DNA of 62,972 nt from Methylocapsa sp. (GTDB lineage: Bacteria; Pseudomonadota; Alphaproteobacteria; Rhizobiales; Beijerinckiaceae), in assembly GCA_043739325.1 (NCBI GenBank), contig JAYUFK010000270.1, positions 1 through 62,972 on the forward strand. Reading direction: 5' to 3'. This document shows positions 42,718-55,071 of this stretch, piece by piece. The position numbers and the translations under genes are program-made. Below the pieces are notes generated by a model, which did no database searches, had not been told where the DNA came from, and saw nothing but the letters and a program-made list of their open reading frames with translations. How positions within the stretch are numbered: the stretch's first letter is position 1; each line of letters opens with the position of its first letter.

Positions 42718-45272
42718 ACGCGACCCTGACGTTCCTCCCGCCCATCGTCCGCCTCGCCTTGCGCGATCTACGCGGCGGCCTCGCGGGCCTGCGCATCTTT
42801 CTCATCTGCATCGCGCTCGGCGTCGCCACAATCGTCGGCGTCAACGGCCTTTCGCGCTCGCTCGGCGATGGCTTGTCGCGCGACGGACGCGTCATCCTCG
42901 GCGGCGATGCGTCGTTCTCGGTTATCCACCGCGAGCTGACGGACGAGGAAATTGCATTCCTCGGCGCCCACGGAAAGCTCTCGACCGTCGGCACGATGCG
43001 CGCGATGGCGAGGAAAGACGATGGCGCGGCGACGCTTGTGGAGATCAAGGCGGTCGAGCCGTCCTGGCCGGCAATGGGGCAGGCTGTCTTCTCGCCGGCA
43101 ATGAGCGTACAGGACGCCATCGCCAAGCAGGGTGAAAGCTATGGCGCGGCGGCGGACGAAGCATTGTTGCCGCGTCTCGATCTCAAGATCGGCGACGTGT
43201 TTGAACTTGGCGGCTTGCGCCTCACCTTGCGCGTAACGCTTGCAACAGAGCCGGACCAACTCGCCGCTGGTCTGGGCCTTGGTCCGCGCGTGCTGATCTC
43301 GCGCGAAGCGCTCGACGCCACGGGCCTCGTGCAGCCTGGATCGCTCGTGCGCTGGACCACACGCGTGCTGATCAACCCCGCTGGCGAGCCGCCCAGCGAA
43401 GGCGCGGTGAAGACCTTCATCGACGACGCAAAGAAGGCGTTTCCCGAGGCTGGCTGGGAGACGCGAACGCGCTCCAGCGTCTCGCCGCAATTCTCCAAGA
43501 ACATCGACAGTTTTACTGAATTTCTCTCGCTGATCGGCTTGACCTCGCTCATCGTCGGCGGGGTCGGCGTCGCCAACGCGGCGCAAGGTTTTGTCGAGCG
43601 CAAACGGCAGACGCTGGCGATTCTCAAATCCATCGGCGCCAGCGGCGGCTCGATCTTCGCGCTGGCGTTGATGGAATTCATCGCCGTGGCGGCGCTCGGA
43701 ATCATCCTCGGTCTGATCGTCGGCGCCGCGCTGCCTTTCGTGGTGAGCGGATTTTTCGGCGGGCTGATTCCGTTCCCGCTCGCGCCGGCGATCTTTCCCG
43801 GCGGACTGGCGCTCGGCGCGCTGTACGGCCTGCTGACGGCTCTGCTGTTCTCGATTCCCTCGCTCGGCCGCACGCACGATCTGCCGGTGTCGGCGCTGTT
43901 TCGCGACCTCGTGGAAAGCTCGGGATGGCCGCGTCGGCGCTATCTCGTCGCAGCTTTCATCGCGGCGCTGGCGCTTTCCGGACTGGCGATCCTCGCCAGC
44001 CCCAACAAGACCGTGGCGGTGACAATCGTCGGCGCGACAATCCTTGGCTTTCTTGCGCTGCGGCTCGTCGCGCTCGGCTTGATGGCGCTGGCGCGCCGCG
44101 CGCCGCGTGCGAAAAGCGTCGAGTGGCGCATGGCGATCGCCAACATTCATCGCCCCGGCGCACTGACGCCTTCCATCGTGATGTCGCTCGGCCTTGGCCT
44201 GGCTGTGCTAGTCACGTTGACGCTGATCGACGCCAACTTGCGTGGGCAATTGCGCACCGCATTGCCGGGGGAGACGCCGAGCTTCTACTTCCTCGATGTG
44301 CGCAGTGCCGAGATCGTGGATTTCCGCGCCTTTCTCGCGAGCAAAAGCCCGACGGCAAAACTCGAGGAGGCGCCGATGATGCGCGGGCGTTTCATCAAGA
44401 TCGCCGGCGTGCGCGCCGAGGACGTCAAGGTCAGCGAGAACGCCGCCTGGGTGCTGGAAGGCGATCGCGGAGTCACCTATGCCGCGACCTTGCCGGAAGG
44501 CTCAGAGATCGCCGAAGGAAAATGGTGGGCGGCGGATTACAGTGGGCCGCCGCTCGCGTCTCTGGAACAGGAAGTCGCGACCGGGCTCGGCCTCAAGCTT
44601 GGCGACGAGATCGTCGTGAATGTGCTCGGCCGCAATGTTACGGCGAGCGTCGCCAATCTGCGCAAGGTCAACTGGCGCAGCTTCGCCATCAATTTCGTCA
44701 TGGTGTTTTCACCCAACACTTTCAGGGGCGCGCCGCATACTGTTCTCGTCACCGCCGCGTACCCGCATGAAATCGGCACGCCGGCGGAACTCGCGCTGCT
44801 GAGGCAGACGTCGCAGAAATTCCCGTCTGTCGTTTCGCTGCGCGTGCGCGAAGCACTCGACGCGATTGAAGCGCTGCTCGCCAAGCTCGCGGTGGCCATC
44901 CGCTCGGCGTCGGGCGTTGCGCTTTCGACATCGGTGTTCGTGCTGGCCGGCGCGCTCGCCGCCAACCAGCGCTCGCGCATTTACGATTCCGTCGTGCTGA
45001 AGATTCTCGGCGCGACGCGGCGAAGGTTGCTCGCGGCGTTCCTGATCGAATACGCCCTGCTCGGCGCCGCCACCGCCGCCTTCGGGCTCGCCGCCGGAAT
45101 CGGCGCGGCGTATCTGATCGTCACCCGCGTGATGAAGCTGGAATTTGCGTTCTACTGGCCGGCGGCGCTCGGAGCGGCACTGGCGGCGCTTGTGCTGACG
45201 GTCGGGCTGGGACTGCTCGGGACATGGCGGATATTGGAGTTGAAGCCATCGGGGGTGTTGAGGGAGCTGTGA
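42714..45272 (+). CDS. FtsX-like ABC permease (YbbP-like)
   Basis: LALRDLRGG, two FtsX-type TM blocks, LRKVNWRSFAINF. Confidence 0.88.
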   Translation: MNATLTFLPPIVRLALRDLRGGLAGLRIFLICIALGVATIVGVNGLSRSLGDGLSRDGRVILGGDASFSVIHRELTDEEIAFLGAHGKLSTVGTMRAMARKDDGAATLVEIKAVEPSWPAMGQAVFSPAMSVQDAIAKQGESYGAAADEALLPRLDLKIGDVFELGGLRLTLRVTLATEPDQLAAGLGLGPRVLISREALDATGLVQPGSLVRWTTRVLINPAGEPPSEGAVKTFIDDAKKAFPEAGWETRTRSSVSPQFSKNIDSFTEFLSLIGLTSLIVGGVGVANAAQGFVERKRQTLAILKSIGASGGSIFALALMEFIAVAALGIILGLIVGAALPFVVSGFFGGLIPFPLAPAIFPGGLALGALYGLLTALLFSIPSLGRTHDLPVSALFRDLVESSGWPRRRYLVAAFIAALALSGLAILASPNKTVAVTIVGATILGFLALRLVALGLMALARRAPRAKSVEWRMAIANIHRPGALTPSIVMSLGLGLAVLVTLTLIDANLRGQLRTALPGETPSFYFLDVRSAEIVDFRAFLASKSPTAKLEEAPMMRGRFIKIAGVRAEDVKVSENAAWVLEGDRGVTYAATLPEGSEIAEGKWWAADYSGPPLASLEQEVATGLGLKLGDEIVVNVLGRNVTASVANLRKVNWRSFAINFVMVFSPNTFRGAPHTVLVTAAYPHEIGTPAELALLRQTSQKFPSVVSLRVREALDAIEALLAKLAVAIRSASGVALSTSVFVLAGALAANQRSRIYDSVVLKILGATRRRLLAAFLIEYALLGAATAAFGLAAGIGAAYLIVTRVMKLEFAFYWPAALGAALAALVLTVGLGLLGTWRILELKPSGVLREL

Positions 45273-45283
45273 GATGAAGGCGT

Positions 45284-45408
45284 CTCCCCTCTCCCGTCTA
45301 GCGAACGCGCAGCGTTCGCGGGAGGGAGAGGGGCCGGGGGTGAGGGGACGGCGGCGGGCAATCCGCTCCATAGGCGCCCTCACCCTGCCCTCTCCCGGAG
45401 GGAGAGGG
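45284..45408. repeat. composite REP-like element (CCCTCTCCC/GGGAGAGGG type)
   Basis: CCCCTCTCCC...GGGAGAGGGG-CCGGGGGTGAGGG...CCCTCACCC-tg-CCCTCTCCC-gga-GGGAGAGGG nested hairpins. Confidence 0.75.
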
Positions 45409-45491
45409 TTCAAACCCTGCGCGATTACACCTTGCGCCCCGCCCCGATCCGTCCAACAATACCAAGAAAACACGAGAGGCGCGGCGCGGCG

Positions 45492-47180
45492 ATGTTGACC
45501 CAAAGCTATGTCCATGGCGCCAGCGCCAGGGCGCTGCTGGGCGAGACCGTCGGGGCGCTGTTGGATCGCATCGCGGGCGAAAATCCCAATCGCCCCGCCC
45601 TCGTCGCGCGCCATCAGGCTGTTCGATGGACCTATACCGATCTGCGAGAGCGAGCCGACGATCTTGCCGCCGGCCTCATTGCGCTTGGGCTGAAACCGGG
45701 CGAGCGCATCGGCATCTGGTCGCCCAACACAGCGGAATGGGTGGTGACGCAATTCGCCAGCGCCAAGGCCGGGCTGGTCCTCGTCAACATCAATCCGGCC
45801 TATCGCACGCACGAACTAGAATACGCGCTCAACAAGGTCGGCTGCCGGGCGCTGATCCTTAGCCCGGGTTTTCGCGGCAACGATTATCTCGCCAGCCTGC
45901 GCACGCTCGCGCCCGAGATCGACGCGGCGGCGCCCGGCGCGCTTGTCGCGAGCAAACTGCCCGAACTTAAATTCGTCATCCGGCTTGGGCGCGAGAAGAC
46001 GCTGGGCATGCTCAACTACGATGAGATCGCCGCGCCCGCGACGCATGCGCAACTCGCGGAAGTCGCAGCGCTCGCGCCGAGCTTGCAGTTCGACGATCCG
46101 ATCAATATCCAGTTCACCAGCGGCACGACGGGCGCGCCGAAGGGCGCGACGCTGACGCACCACAACATCGTCAACAACGGCTATTTCATCGGCGCGGCGA
46201 TGCGCCTGACGCCCAACGACAAGCTGTGTATTCCCGTGCCCTATTATCACTGCTTCGGCATGGTGCTGGGCAATCTCGCTTGCGTCACGCATGGCGCCTG
46301 CATGGTGTGTCCGGCCGAGGGGTTCGATCCGCTGGCGACATTGCAGGCCGTCGAAGAGGAGCGCTGCACCGGGCTGCATGGCGTGCCCACCATGTTCATC
46401 GCGATGCTTGGCCATCCCGAATTCCAGCGCTTCGATCTGACCTCGCTGCGCACCGGCATCATGGCCGGCTCGCCCTGCCCGGTCGAGGTCATGCGCAAGG
46501 TCGTTACGCAAATGCACATGCGCGAAGTCACGATCGCCTATGGCATGACCGAGACGAGCCCGGTGAGCTTCCAGAGCGATTGCGACGATCCGCTCGAGCG
46601 GCGCGTTTCGACGGTCGGGCGCATCCACCCGCATATCGAAGTGAAGATCGTCGACGCCAAGGGGCGCATCCTGCCGCCGGGCGAGACGGGCGAATTGCTG
46701 ACGCGCGGCTACAGCGTCATGCAGGGCTATTGGGGCGACGCGGAGGGCACCGCCAAGGCGATCGACGCCGCCGGCTACATGCACACCGGCGATCTCGCCA
46801 CGATTGACGCAGAAGGCTTCTGCAACATCGTCGGGCGGCTGAAAGACATGGTGATCCGCGGCGGCGAGAACATCTATCCCCGCGAAATCGAGGAGTTCCT
46901 TTATACCCACCCCGCTATCGCCGACGTGCAGGTTTTTGGCGTGCCCGATACGCACTATGGCGAGCAATTGTGCGCGTGGATCAAACTGCGGGCTGGCGCG
47001 ACGCTGAACGAGGCGGAAGTCGTGGCCTTCTGCAAGGCCTCGATGGCGCATTACAAGGCGCCGAGATACGTGCGTTTTGTCGAGGCGTTCCCGATGACCG
47101 TCACCGGCAAGGCGCAGAAATTCCTGATGCGGCAGGCGATGATCGACGAACTTGGCTTGAAGCTGGAAAAGACGGCTTGA
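45492..47180 (+). CDS. AMP-dependent acyl-CoA synthetase
   Basis: [40 protein letters not shown]. Confidence 0.92.
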   Translation: MLTQSYVHGASARALLGETVGALLDRIAGENPNRPALVARHQAVRWTYTDLRERADDLAAGLIALGLKPGERIGIWSPNTAEWVVTQFASAKAGLVLVNINPAYRTHELEYALNKVGCRALILSPGFRGNDYLASLRTLAPEIDAAAPGALVASKLPELKFVIRLGREKTLGMLNYDEIAAPATHAQLAEVAALAPSLQFDDPINIQFTSGTTGAPKGATLTHHNIVNNGYFIGAAMRLTPNDKLCIPVPYYHCFGMVLGNLACVTHGACMVCPAEGFDPLATLQAVEEERCTGLHGVPTMFIAMLGHPEFQRFDLTSLRTGIMAGSPCPVEVMRKVVTQMHMREVTIAYGMTETSPVSFQSDCDDPLERRVSTVGRIHPHIEVKIVDAKGRILPPGETGELLTRGYSVMQGYWGDAEGTAKAIDAAGYMHTGDLATIDAEGFCNIVGRLKDMVIRGGENIYPREIEEFLYTHPAIADVQVFGVPDTHYGEQLCAWIKLRAGATLNEAEVVAFCKASMAHYKAPRYVRFVEAFPMTVTGKAQKFLMRQAMIDELGLKLEKTA

Positions 47181-47349
47181 GCGGTTTGGCGAGGGATGGC
47201 CAAAAAAGCCTGATTTACCCTCTTCACTCCGTCTTCAGCAAATTTGTCGCATATGTACTTCACTTGGCAATTGGGCGCGGCGCGCTTAAATGATGGGTCG
47301 AAGCAGCGGGGCCGCTCTATGAAAACAGGCCCGAAGACGCTGCAGTGGG

Positions 47350-49284
<1,935 letters not shown>

Positions 49285-49294
49285 GCAGCGTTTG

Positions 49295-49321
49295 CCCTTC
49301 TCCCACTAAGCGGGAGAAGGG
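49295..49321. repeat. REP-like hairpin, possible bidirectional terminator
   Basis: CCCTTCTCCC-actaagc-GGGAGAAGGG between convergent ftsH and SPFH-like gene. Confidence 0.65.
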
Positions 49322-49330
49322 TCGCTTGGC

Positions 49331-51148
49331 CTATTTGGCCGGCGAACTCTCTGTCGGCCGCAAGAACGAGCCAAGGATCGCCGCTGGCCCATCCAGCGCG
49401 CCGCCCGCGCCGCCGACATAGACCTGCGGCAGCTTGAGATTGGCGACAAGTTCTGGATGCGCGCCAAGCAGGTCGAGCATCAGTTTGAGCTGCTGCAGCT
49501 TCAACACGCTATCCTTGCCCAGCACTTCGGCTTGCGCCGTTTGGCCCGCCGCCTGTTCTTCAAGGTAGAGGCGCTCGGCGTGGCCTTCCGCTTGCCGGCG
49601 ATCCTGCGCCAGCTGCGCGACTTTCACGGCCGTCTCGGCGGTGACGATGTCACGCTGCTGATCGGCGGTGGCGCGCGCTTGCTCGGTCTTCTGGCGCTGC
49701 TCTTGAGCGGTTTGCTCCTGGATATAGGCGGCGCGAAGCTGACCGGCGAGTTGCTCGCGTTGGCGCGCCAGCAACAGCTCGGGCGGAATCGCCGATTCGC
49801 CTAAGCGGATTTCCTTGATGTCGACGCCGGCGCGCCGCCCATCGATTTGGGCAAGCGCAAGGATCGCCTGTTCCAGCGCCGTGCGGTTTTCCACCGTGTC
49901 GAGCACCCGCGTCGGGCGCGTTGTCGATTTTGCCACGCCCTTGTCGTTGACATCAGCGACCGTGATCGCCCCGCCGTAGACGTTGCGCACAAGCGAGCGG
50001 ATCGAGGGTACAAGAATCCGCTGGTCGACGGCGTCCTGACCGCCGACCGCGGCGACAACGATAGGCGCATTCTCCGGCGTGATCTGCACGATGGCGCGCA
50101 GCTCCTGCGGAGTTTCCCAACCTTCGATCTTGGTGTTGATCGCCACATCGGCGGAATCGTTTGGCTTGGGAAATGACGCGCTGCGTTCGGTAACGGTGAT
50201 ATCGCCCTTGGCGTCGACTTTAAGATCGAGGTAGCGGCGGGTGAACCCGCCCTTGAATTCCAGCGTCGTTACACGCGTCGATACCAGCGTCACGTCAAAC
50301 GCATCGCGATTGAGATAATAGTCATTGGGCGGCAGCGATGTGTCCCATATCCCCTTGCAATATTGCGGCACAAGTTCGGCGGTCAGTCCGCCCTCATCGG
50401 TCTTGGCCGTTCTCGGTTTACAATCGACGCCAGCGCTTTGGACCGAGGATCGCACGACGCCGACGGAGCCGGCGGGCACACGCGTGATCGACGTATCGAG
50501 CGGCGTGTCCTCGTGGGTCAAGCCGCGAAGGTCATATATGTCGTCGTTGCTGGTGGTGACGTCGCGGCCATTCTTGACATAGCCGATCTTGACCTGAAAC
50601 AGCGCCAGATTGAGCGGATAGACGCCCGGCCTCAGCAGACTGAGCTGCAGCCCCTTCTGGCCGCCGTGGGTCATGAAATATTCCGCGTCGAGGAACTTTT
50701 GCTGCTCCGCTTCGGGCCAGGCGTCGGCCATGATCTGCCCGACGCCCAGCGAGTCGCCGTCATTTGCGACGATACGACCGTAAAAGCCATTCGGAACCGT
50801 GACAATGGGGACCAGATCGACGCGATTGAGCACGTTGAAGAACACCGAAATCCGGAACGTGCCGGGCGGGATAATCTCCGCCTGGTAGCCGGTCTCGCCG
50901 CGCGCCGCGATGATGTGTCCGGGCGGGATGTTTGACAGGCCATAGATCTTGCGGACGATCCCCACCTCATTGGCGGGGATTGTAATGATGCTGGTCGCCA
51001 GAACCTCGTAAAGCGTCACCAGCCCGAACAGAAGCCGCAGGCCGCCGATCGCCCCGGTGCGCCGCCAACCGGTGATCGCGTCGGGCACCACGCGGGGCGC
51101 GAACAAAAGCGCCGCGATTGCGGCGAAAGCGATCAGGATTTCCAACAT
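49331..51148 (-). CDS. SPFH/band-7 (flotillin-like) membrane protein
   Basis: N-terminal TM, IPANEVGIV, GQKGLQ...PGVY, ILVPSIRSLVRN, GVDIKEIRLGESAIP, EQ-rich coiled coil. Confidence 0.7.
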   Translation of the reverse strand: MLEILIAFAAIAALLFAPRVVPDAITGWRRTGAIGGLRLLFGLVTLYEVLATSIITIPANEVGIVRKIYGLSNIPPGHIIAARGETGYQAEIIPPGTFRISVFFNVLNRVDLVPIVTVPNGFYGRIVANDGDSLGVGQIMADAWPEAEQQKFLDAEYFMTHGGQKGLQLSLLRPGVYPLNLALFQVKIGYVKNGRDVTTSNDDIYDLRGLTHEDTPLDTSITRVPAGSVGVVRSSVQSAGVDCKPRTAKTDEGGLTAELVPQYCKGIWDTSLPPNDYYLNRDAFDVTLVSTRVTTLEFKGGFTRRYLDLKVDAKGDITVTERSASFPKPNDSADVAINTKIEGWETPQELRAIVQITPENAPIVVAAVGGQDAVDQRILVPSIRSLVRNVYGGAITVADVNDKGVAKSTTRPTRVLDTVENRTALEQAILALAQIDGRRAGVDIKEIRLGESAIPPELLLARQREQLAGQLRAAYIQEQTAQEQRQKTEQARATADQQRDIVTAETAVKVAQLAQDRRQAEGHAERLYLEEQAAGQTAQAEVLGKDSVLKLQQLKLMLDLLGAHPELVANLKLPQVYVGGAGGALDGPAAILGSFLRPTESSPAK

Positions 51149-51368
51149 TGGCGGGTTCTCGGCGGTGAAGGCGGCGCGCTATCCCTACGACGCGCCAGCT
51201 TAACTTACCCCAGACTTATTTGCATATCGCGCGAAATTACATTGCGGAATGGCTTCAAAACGTCTGGACTCCGTTTACGCTTTGCAAAGAATTTTGAACC
51301 ATCGAGACCGTAAAATGCTCTATGGAGAAAAGCCTGCGAAGGCGGGGAAACCGTTGCGAGGACTTCCA

Positions 51369-52718
51369 ATGGCGCGCAAATATTTCGGCACGGACGGTAT
51401 TCGCGGCCGGGCCAATGGCAAGATCACCGCTGAACTGGCGATGAAAGTCGGTCAGGCAGCTGGCCTCGCCCACCGCAACGGCGAACATCGCCATCGCGTC
51501 GTCATTGGCAAGGACACGCGCCTGTCCGGCTATATGATCGAATACGCCCTCGTCGCTGGCTTCACTTCGGTCGGTATGGACGTTCTGCTGCTCGGCCCGG
51601 TGCCGACCCCGGCCGTGGCGATGCTGACGCGCTCGATGCGCTGCGATCTGGGCGTGATGATTTCCGCCTCGCACAATCCCTTCGAGGACAATGGGATTAA
51701 ACTATTCGGCCCGGACGGATTCAAGCTGTCGGATGGAAACGAGATTGAAATCGAAACATTGATGGACAGCGAAATGACGCCGCGTCTGGCCAAATCGCGC
51801 GACCTTGGCCGCGCCCGCCGCGTTGACGACGTGCAGGCGCGCTATATCGAATTCGCGAAAGGCACACTGCCGCGCAACGTCTCGCTCAGCGGCCTGCGCA
51901 TCGTGATCGATTGCGCGCATGGCGCCGCGTACAAAGTGGCGCCCGAGGCGCTGTGGGAGCTCGGCGCGGAAGTCTTCAAGATCGGCGTCGAGCCGGACGG
52001 CATGAACATCAATCTCGATGTCGGTTCGACTTCGCCGGAGGCCTTGTCGCGCAAGGTGAGGGAAATGCGCGCCGACATCGGCATTGCTCTCGACGGCGAC
52101 GCCGACCGCGTGCTGATCATCGACGAGAAGGGCCGTATCGTCGATGGCGACCAGTTAATGGCGGTGGTCGCCGAAAGCTGGCAGGCAGACGGGCGGCTGT
52201 TAAAGCCTGGCATTGTCGCAACGATTATGTCGAACCTCGGTCTCGAGCGGTATCTGGAAAGCCTCGGTCTGACGCTCGAGCGCACCGCTGTCGGCGACCG
52301 CTACGTGCTTGAGCGCATGCGCGAGAAAGGCTATAATGTCGGTGGCGAGCAATCCGGCCATATCATTCTTTCCGACTACGCCACGACCGGCGATGGGCTC
52401 GTCGCCGCCTTGCAGGTGCTGGCGGTGGTTCAGCGCAAGAACAAACCCGTCAGCGAAGTCTGCCACCGCTTCGACCCACTGCCGCAACTTCTGCGCAGCG
52501 TGCGTTTCAACGGCGGACGACCGCTGGAGGCCGCGCATGTGGTGAAGGCCATTGCCGACGCCGAGGCCAGGTTGGGCAAGCACGGCCGCCTTGTCATCCG
52601 CCCATCGGGCACCGAGCCGGTGATCCGCGTTATGGCCGAAGCCGACGATCGCGCGCTGGTCGAGACTCTCGTAAACGAAGTTTGCGACGCGGTGGCCGCA
52701 TCGGCGGAGGCGGCTTAA
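51369..52718 (+). CDS. glmM: phosphoglucosamine mutase
   Basis: [36 protein letters not shown]. Confidence 0.97.
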   Translation: MARKYFGTDGIRGRANGKITAELAMKVGQAAGLAHRNGEHRHRVVIGKDTRLSGYMIEYALVAGFTSVGMDVLLLGPVPTPAVAMLTRSMRCDLGVMISASHNPFEDNGIKLFGPDGFKLSDGNEIEIETLMDSEMTPRLAKSRDLGRARRVDDVQARYIEFAKGTLPRNVSLSGLRIVIDCAHGAAYKVAPEALWELGAEVFKIGVEPDGMNINLDVGSTSPEALSRKVREMRADIGIALDGDADRVLIIDEKGRIVDGDQLMAVVAESWQADGRLLKPGIVATIMSNLGLERYLESLGLTLERTAVGDRYVLERMREKGYNVGGEQSGHIILSDYATTGDGLVAALQVLAVVQRKNKPVSEVCHRFDPLPQLLRSVRFNGGRPLEAAHVVKAIADAEARLGKHGRLVIRPSGTEPVIRVMAEADDRALVETLVNEVCDAVAASAEAA

Positions 52719-52842
52719 CCGGGAGTTTCCCAACCCTGATGCAATTTTGCATCCGGTTGACGAATTATCCGCCCGGCTCTTTTCAAAACCGGGAATCGTC
52801 GTATTCTCGAGGGGTAGTCAACAACTGAAAGGAGGTGATCCA

Positions 52843-52914
52843 GTGTCTCATTGTCTATCGCCACAAGTGACGAGCAGGGCCTGGGTTATTGTCCGTGCGG
52901 AGCACTACGCATAG
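52843..52914 (+). CDS. 23-aa small ORF MSHCLSPQVTSRAWVIVRAEHYA
   Basis: GTG 7 nt after GGAGG inside GAAAGGAGGTGATCCAG; TAG at 52912-52914. Confidence 0.45.
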   Translation: MSHCLSPQVTSRAWVIVRAEHYA

Positions 52915-52966
52915 CAGACACCCAGTTGAGTTAGTCCTGAGCGATCTCTGCGTGGTCGCGACAATG

Positions 52967-53002
52967 GAAAGGCCGCCCCCGAAGGCGGCCTTTCTTCTTT
53001 TC
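52967..53002 (+). terminator. intrinsic terminator
   Basis: GAAAGGCCGCC-cccgaa-GGCGGCCTTTC followed by TTCTTTT. Confidence 0.85.
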
Positions 53003-53106
53003 GGCGTCTATTAGTCGAATCTTTTCAATGGTCATCGACAATTTCTTTTCGAATATCCGAATTGCGGATAGTGTAACTCCGTGAACAATTCGCGAGGGAC
53101 GAGGCT

Positions 53107-53532
53107 TTGCCCGAACTGACTGACGCCAGCGGAAAGAAATCTTCCGCCCGCTCGGCAGCGGTCCGGGCGGCGGCGCGCCTTGCCAGGGAACGGCGCGACC
53201 AGCGCGTCATCAGCGGCCTTGCCCTTGGCGTCGCGATGGACAAGCTCGCCAGCCAAGAGAACGTTTCTGTCAAACGGCTTCGGATCATTGCGCGCGCTGC
53301 GCTGGCCCGGCGCGGTGTGGGCCGCTGGGATGACCGGCGGCATCTCGAATTGGCCCGGTTGAATAGCGCTATGCGAGTTGCGACTGCCGGGCTGATGGCG
53401 GGCGAGCTGAAGGCTGTCGATCGCGTGATCGAACTCGTTCGCGCCTTTGACCGCGCGGCTGAGCCATGGTCGGCCCGCCGAAAGCTCTTTGGAGAAAAGA
53501 AGTTCAACGGCGGGAAATCGCTTCGCAAGTAA
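53107..53532 (+). CDS. basic hypothetical protein, possible helix-turn-helix
   Basis: GVAMDKLASQENVSVKRLR resembles an HTH; C-terminal AVDRVIELVRAFDR. Confidence 0.5.
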   Translation: MPELTDASGKKSSARSAAVRAAARLARERRDQRVISGLALGVAMDKLASQENVSVKRLRIIARAALARRGVGRWDDRRHLELARLNSAMRVATAGLMAGELKAVDRVIELVRAFDRAAEPWSARRKLFGEKKFNGGKSLRK

Positions 53533-53732
53533 CTGAAAACAATCGGCCTACTCTGTGAATGGCGCCGGTCGTCCTTCCACCATGCGGGATTGCCGAACTC
53601 TACCGCTTGGCGAACCCGAAGCAAACGTATAGCTTTTGTTGACCGCAACCAGCCGAAGGCCGTGCGGCGAAATGGCCCGACCGTATCCAGCCCTGGCTGC
53701 GATTGGGCAAACAACACTAGCGGGAGGATACG

Positions 53733-54986
53733 ATGAAATTCGCCACAGCCACTGCCCTGGCTCTGCTAACAATCACGACCGGCTCGATCGCGGCCCATGC
53801 CGAGGATGCTCTCGACATGCTTCAGTCCATGCATAAAACCCCGCCGATAGACTGGCCGACGATCCCGCAGACTGGGCCCAAGGCCGATCAGGTCAGGCAG
53901 ATCCTGACCAAGATCAAAATGCCGCCGGGATTCCATATCGATCTCTACGCGCTCGTGCCTGACGCCCGCCACATGGCTGTGGGCACGCAGGGCATCGTGA
54001 CGTTCGTTGGCACCCGCAAAAACAAGATCTACGCGGTGACCGATCGCGCCCGCAGCGGCGTCGCGGAGGAGGTCAAGGAATTTGCTCCCTCGATCCAGAA
54101 GAACCTGCCAAACGGGCCGTGCTTCTCCAAGGACGGGTTCCTCTACGTCGCCGAACAGAATCGCGTGCTACAGTTTCCGGCCGCCGAGTTCTTCTACGAA
54201 GGCCAAGACGTTGCGGTCGGCGTTGTCGTCCCTGAAGGTCAGCTGATTCCCAAGTCGGAAGAGAGCTTCAACCATACCGCGCGCGAATGTCGCGTTGGTC
54301 CCGACAACAAGCTCTATATCCAGCTTGGCCAACCCTACAATGTGCCGCCGAAAGACAAGCTCGATTTGTATAAGAAGGTCGGCATCGGCGGCATCATCCG
54401 CATGGACCAGGACGGCAAGAACCGCGAAGTCTTCGCGACGGGCCTGCGCAACCCCGTAGGCATGGACTTCAACCCGAAGGACAAGTCGCTTTGGTCGAAC
54501 GACAACCAGGTCGACGGCATGGGCGACGACATTCCTGCTGGCGAGATGAACCGCATCGACAAGGCGGGCTTGAACTTCGGCTTCCCGTGGTACGGCGGCG
54601 GACATACGCGCACCAAGGAATACGCGTCCGAGACGCCGCCGGCTGATGTCGTATTCCCTGAAGTCGAGCAGGCCCCGCACGCGGCTGACCTCGGCCTGAC
54701 GTTCTATACCGGCAGCATGTTCCCGGCGAAGTACCAGGGCGCGATCTTCTCTGCGCAGCACGGGTCCTGGAACCGCACCGTGCCAGTCGGCGCCCGCGTG
54801 ATGGTCACCTTCCTCAAGGAAGACGGCCATGTCGCTGGTCCGTCGATTCCCTTCGCGGAAGGCTGGAATGAGAGCGGCCATTATCTCGGCCGTCCGGTCG
54901 ACGTCGCTGTGTCGTGGGATGGTTCGCTGCTGGTCTCCGACGACCTTGTCGGCGCGATCTATCGCATCACCTACGACGGCAAGTAA
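53733..54986 (+). CDS. secreted PQQ-dependent sugar/sorbosone dehydrogenase family protein
   Basis: Signal peptide, MPPGFHIDLYA, FATGLRNPVG, NFGFPW, HGSWNR, GRPVDV, LLVSDD. Confidence 0.88.
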   Translation: MKFATATALALLTITTGSIAAHAEDALDMLQSMHKTPPIDWPTIPQTGPKADQVRQILTKIKMPPGFHIDLYALVPDARHMAVGTQGIVTFVGTRKNKIYAVTDRARSGVAEEVKEFAPSIQKNLPNGPCFSKDGFLYVAEQNRVLQFPAAEFFYEGQDVAVGVVVPEGQLIPKSEESFNHTARECRVGPDNKLYIQLGQPYNVPPKDKLDLYKKVGIGGIIRMDQDGKNREVFATGLRNPVGMDFNPKDKSLWSNDNQVDGMGDDIPAGEMNRIDKAGLNFGFPWYGGGHTRTKEYASETPPADVVFPEVEQAPHAADLGLTFYTGSMFPAKYQGAIFSAQHGSWNRTVPVGARVMVTFLKEDGHVAGPSIPFAEGWNESGHYLGRPVDVAVSWDGSLLVSDDLVGAIYRITYDGK

Positions 54987-55005
54987 GCAGACCTGATCAA
55001 GTCGG

Positions 55006-55038
55006 ACAGCTCCGGTGCAAGCCGGAGCTGTTTTTTTT
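55006..55038 (+). terminator. intrinsic terminator between dehydrogenase and cytochrome c
   Basis: ACAGCTCCGG-tgcaag-CCGGAGCTGT followed by a T-run. Confidence 0.8.
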
Positions 55039-55071
55039 GAGCGACTGTCGGCGGGCCAAATGGAGAGATTG

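Larger units (their letters stand above)
52814..53002 (+). ncRNA. putative small structured transcript containing a short ORF
   Basis: Possible -10 TATTCT at 52802, 17-nt 16S-complementary motif, two hairpins and a strong terminator; ends inferred. Confidence 0.55.

Noticed and set aside
41352-45272. Near-abutting divergent tesA and ybbA-ybbP as a novelty
   Set aside because: This arrangement is already known, including in E. coli.
45284-45408. CRISPR array
   Set aside because: These are nested inverted repeats without regularly spaced direct repeats or unique spacers, and there are no cas genes in the window.
52827-52843. 16S rRNA gene fragment on the minus strand
   Set aside because: The match stops at 17 nt; neither helix 45 nor ITS sequence continues on either side.
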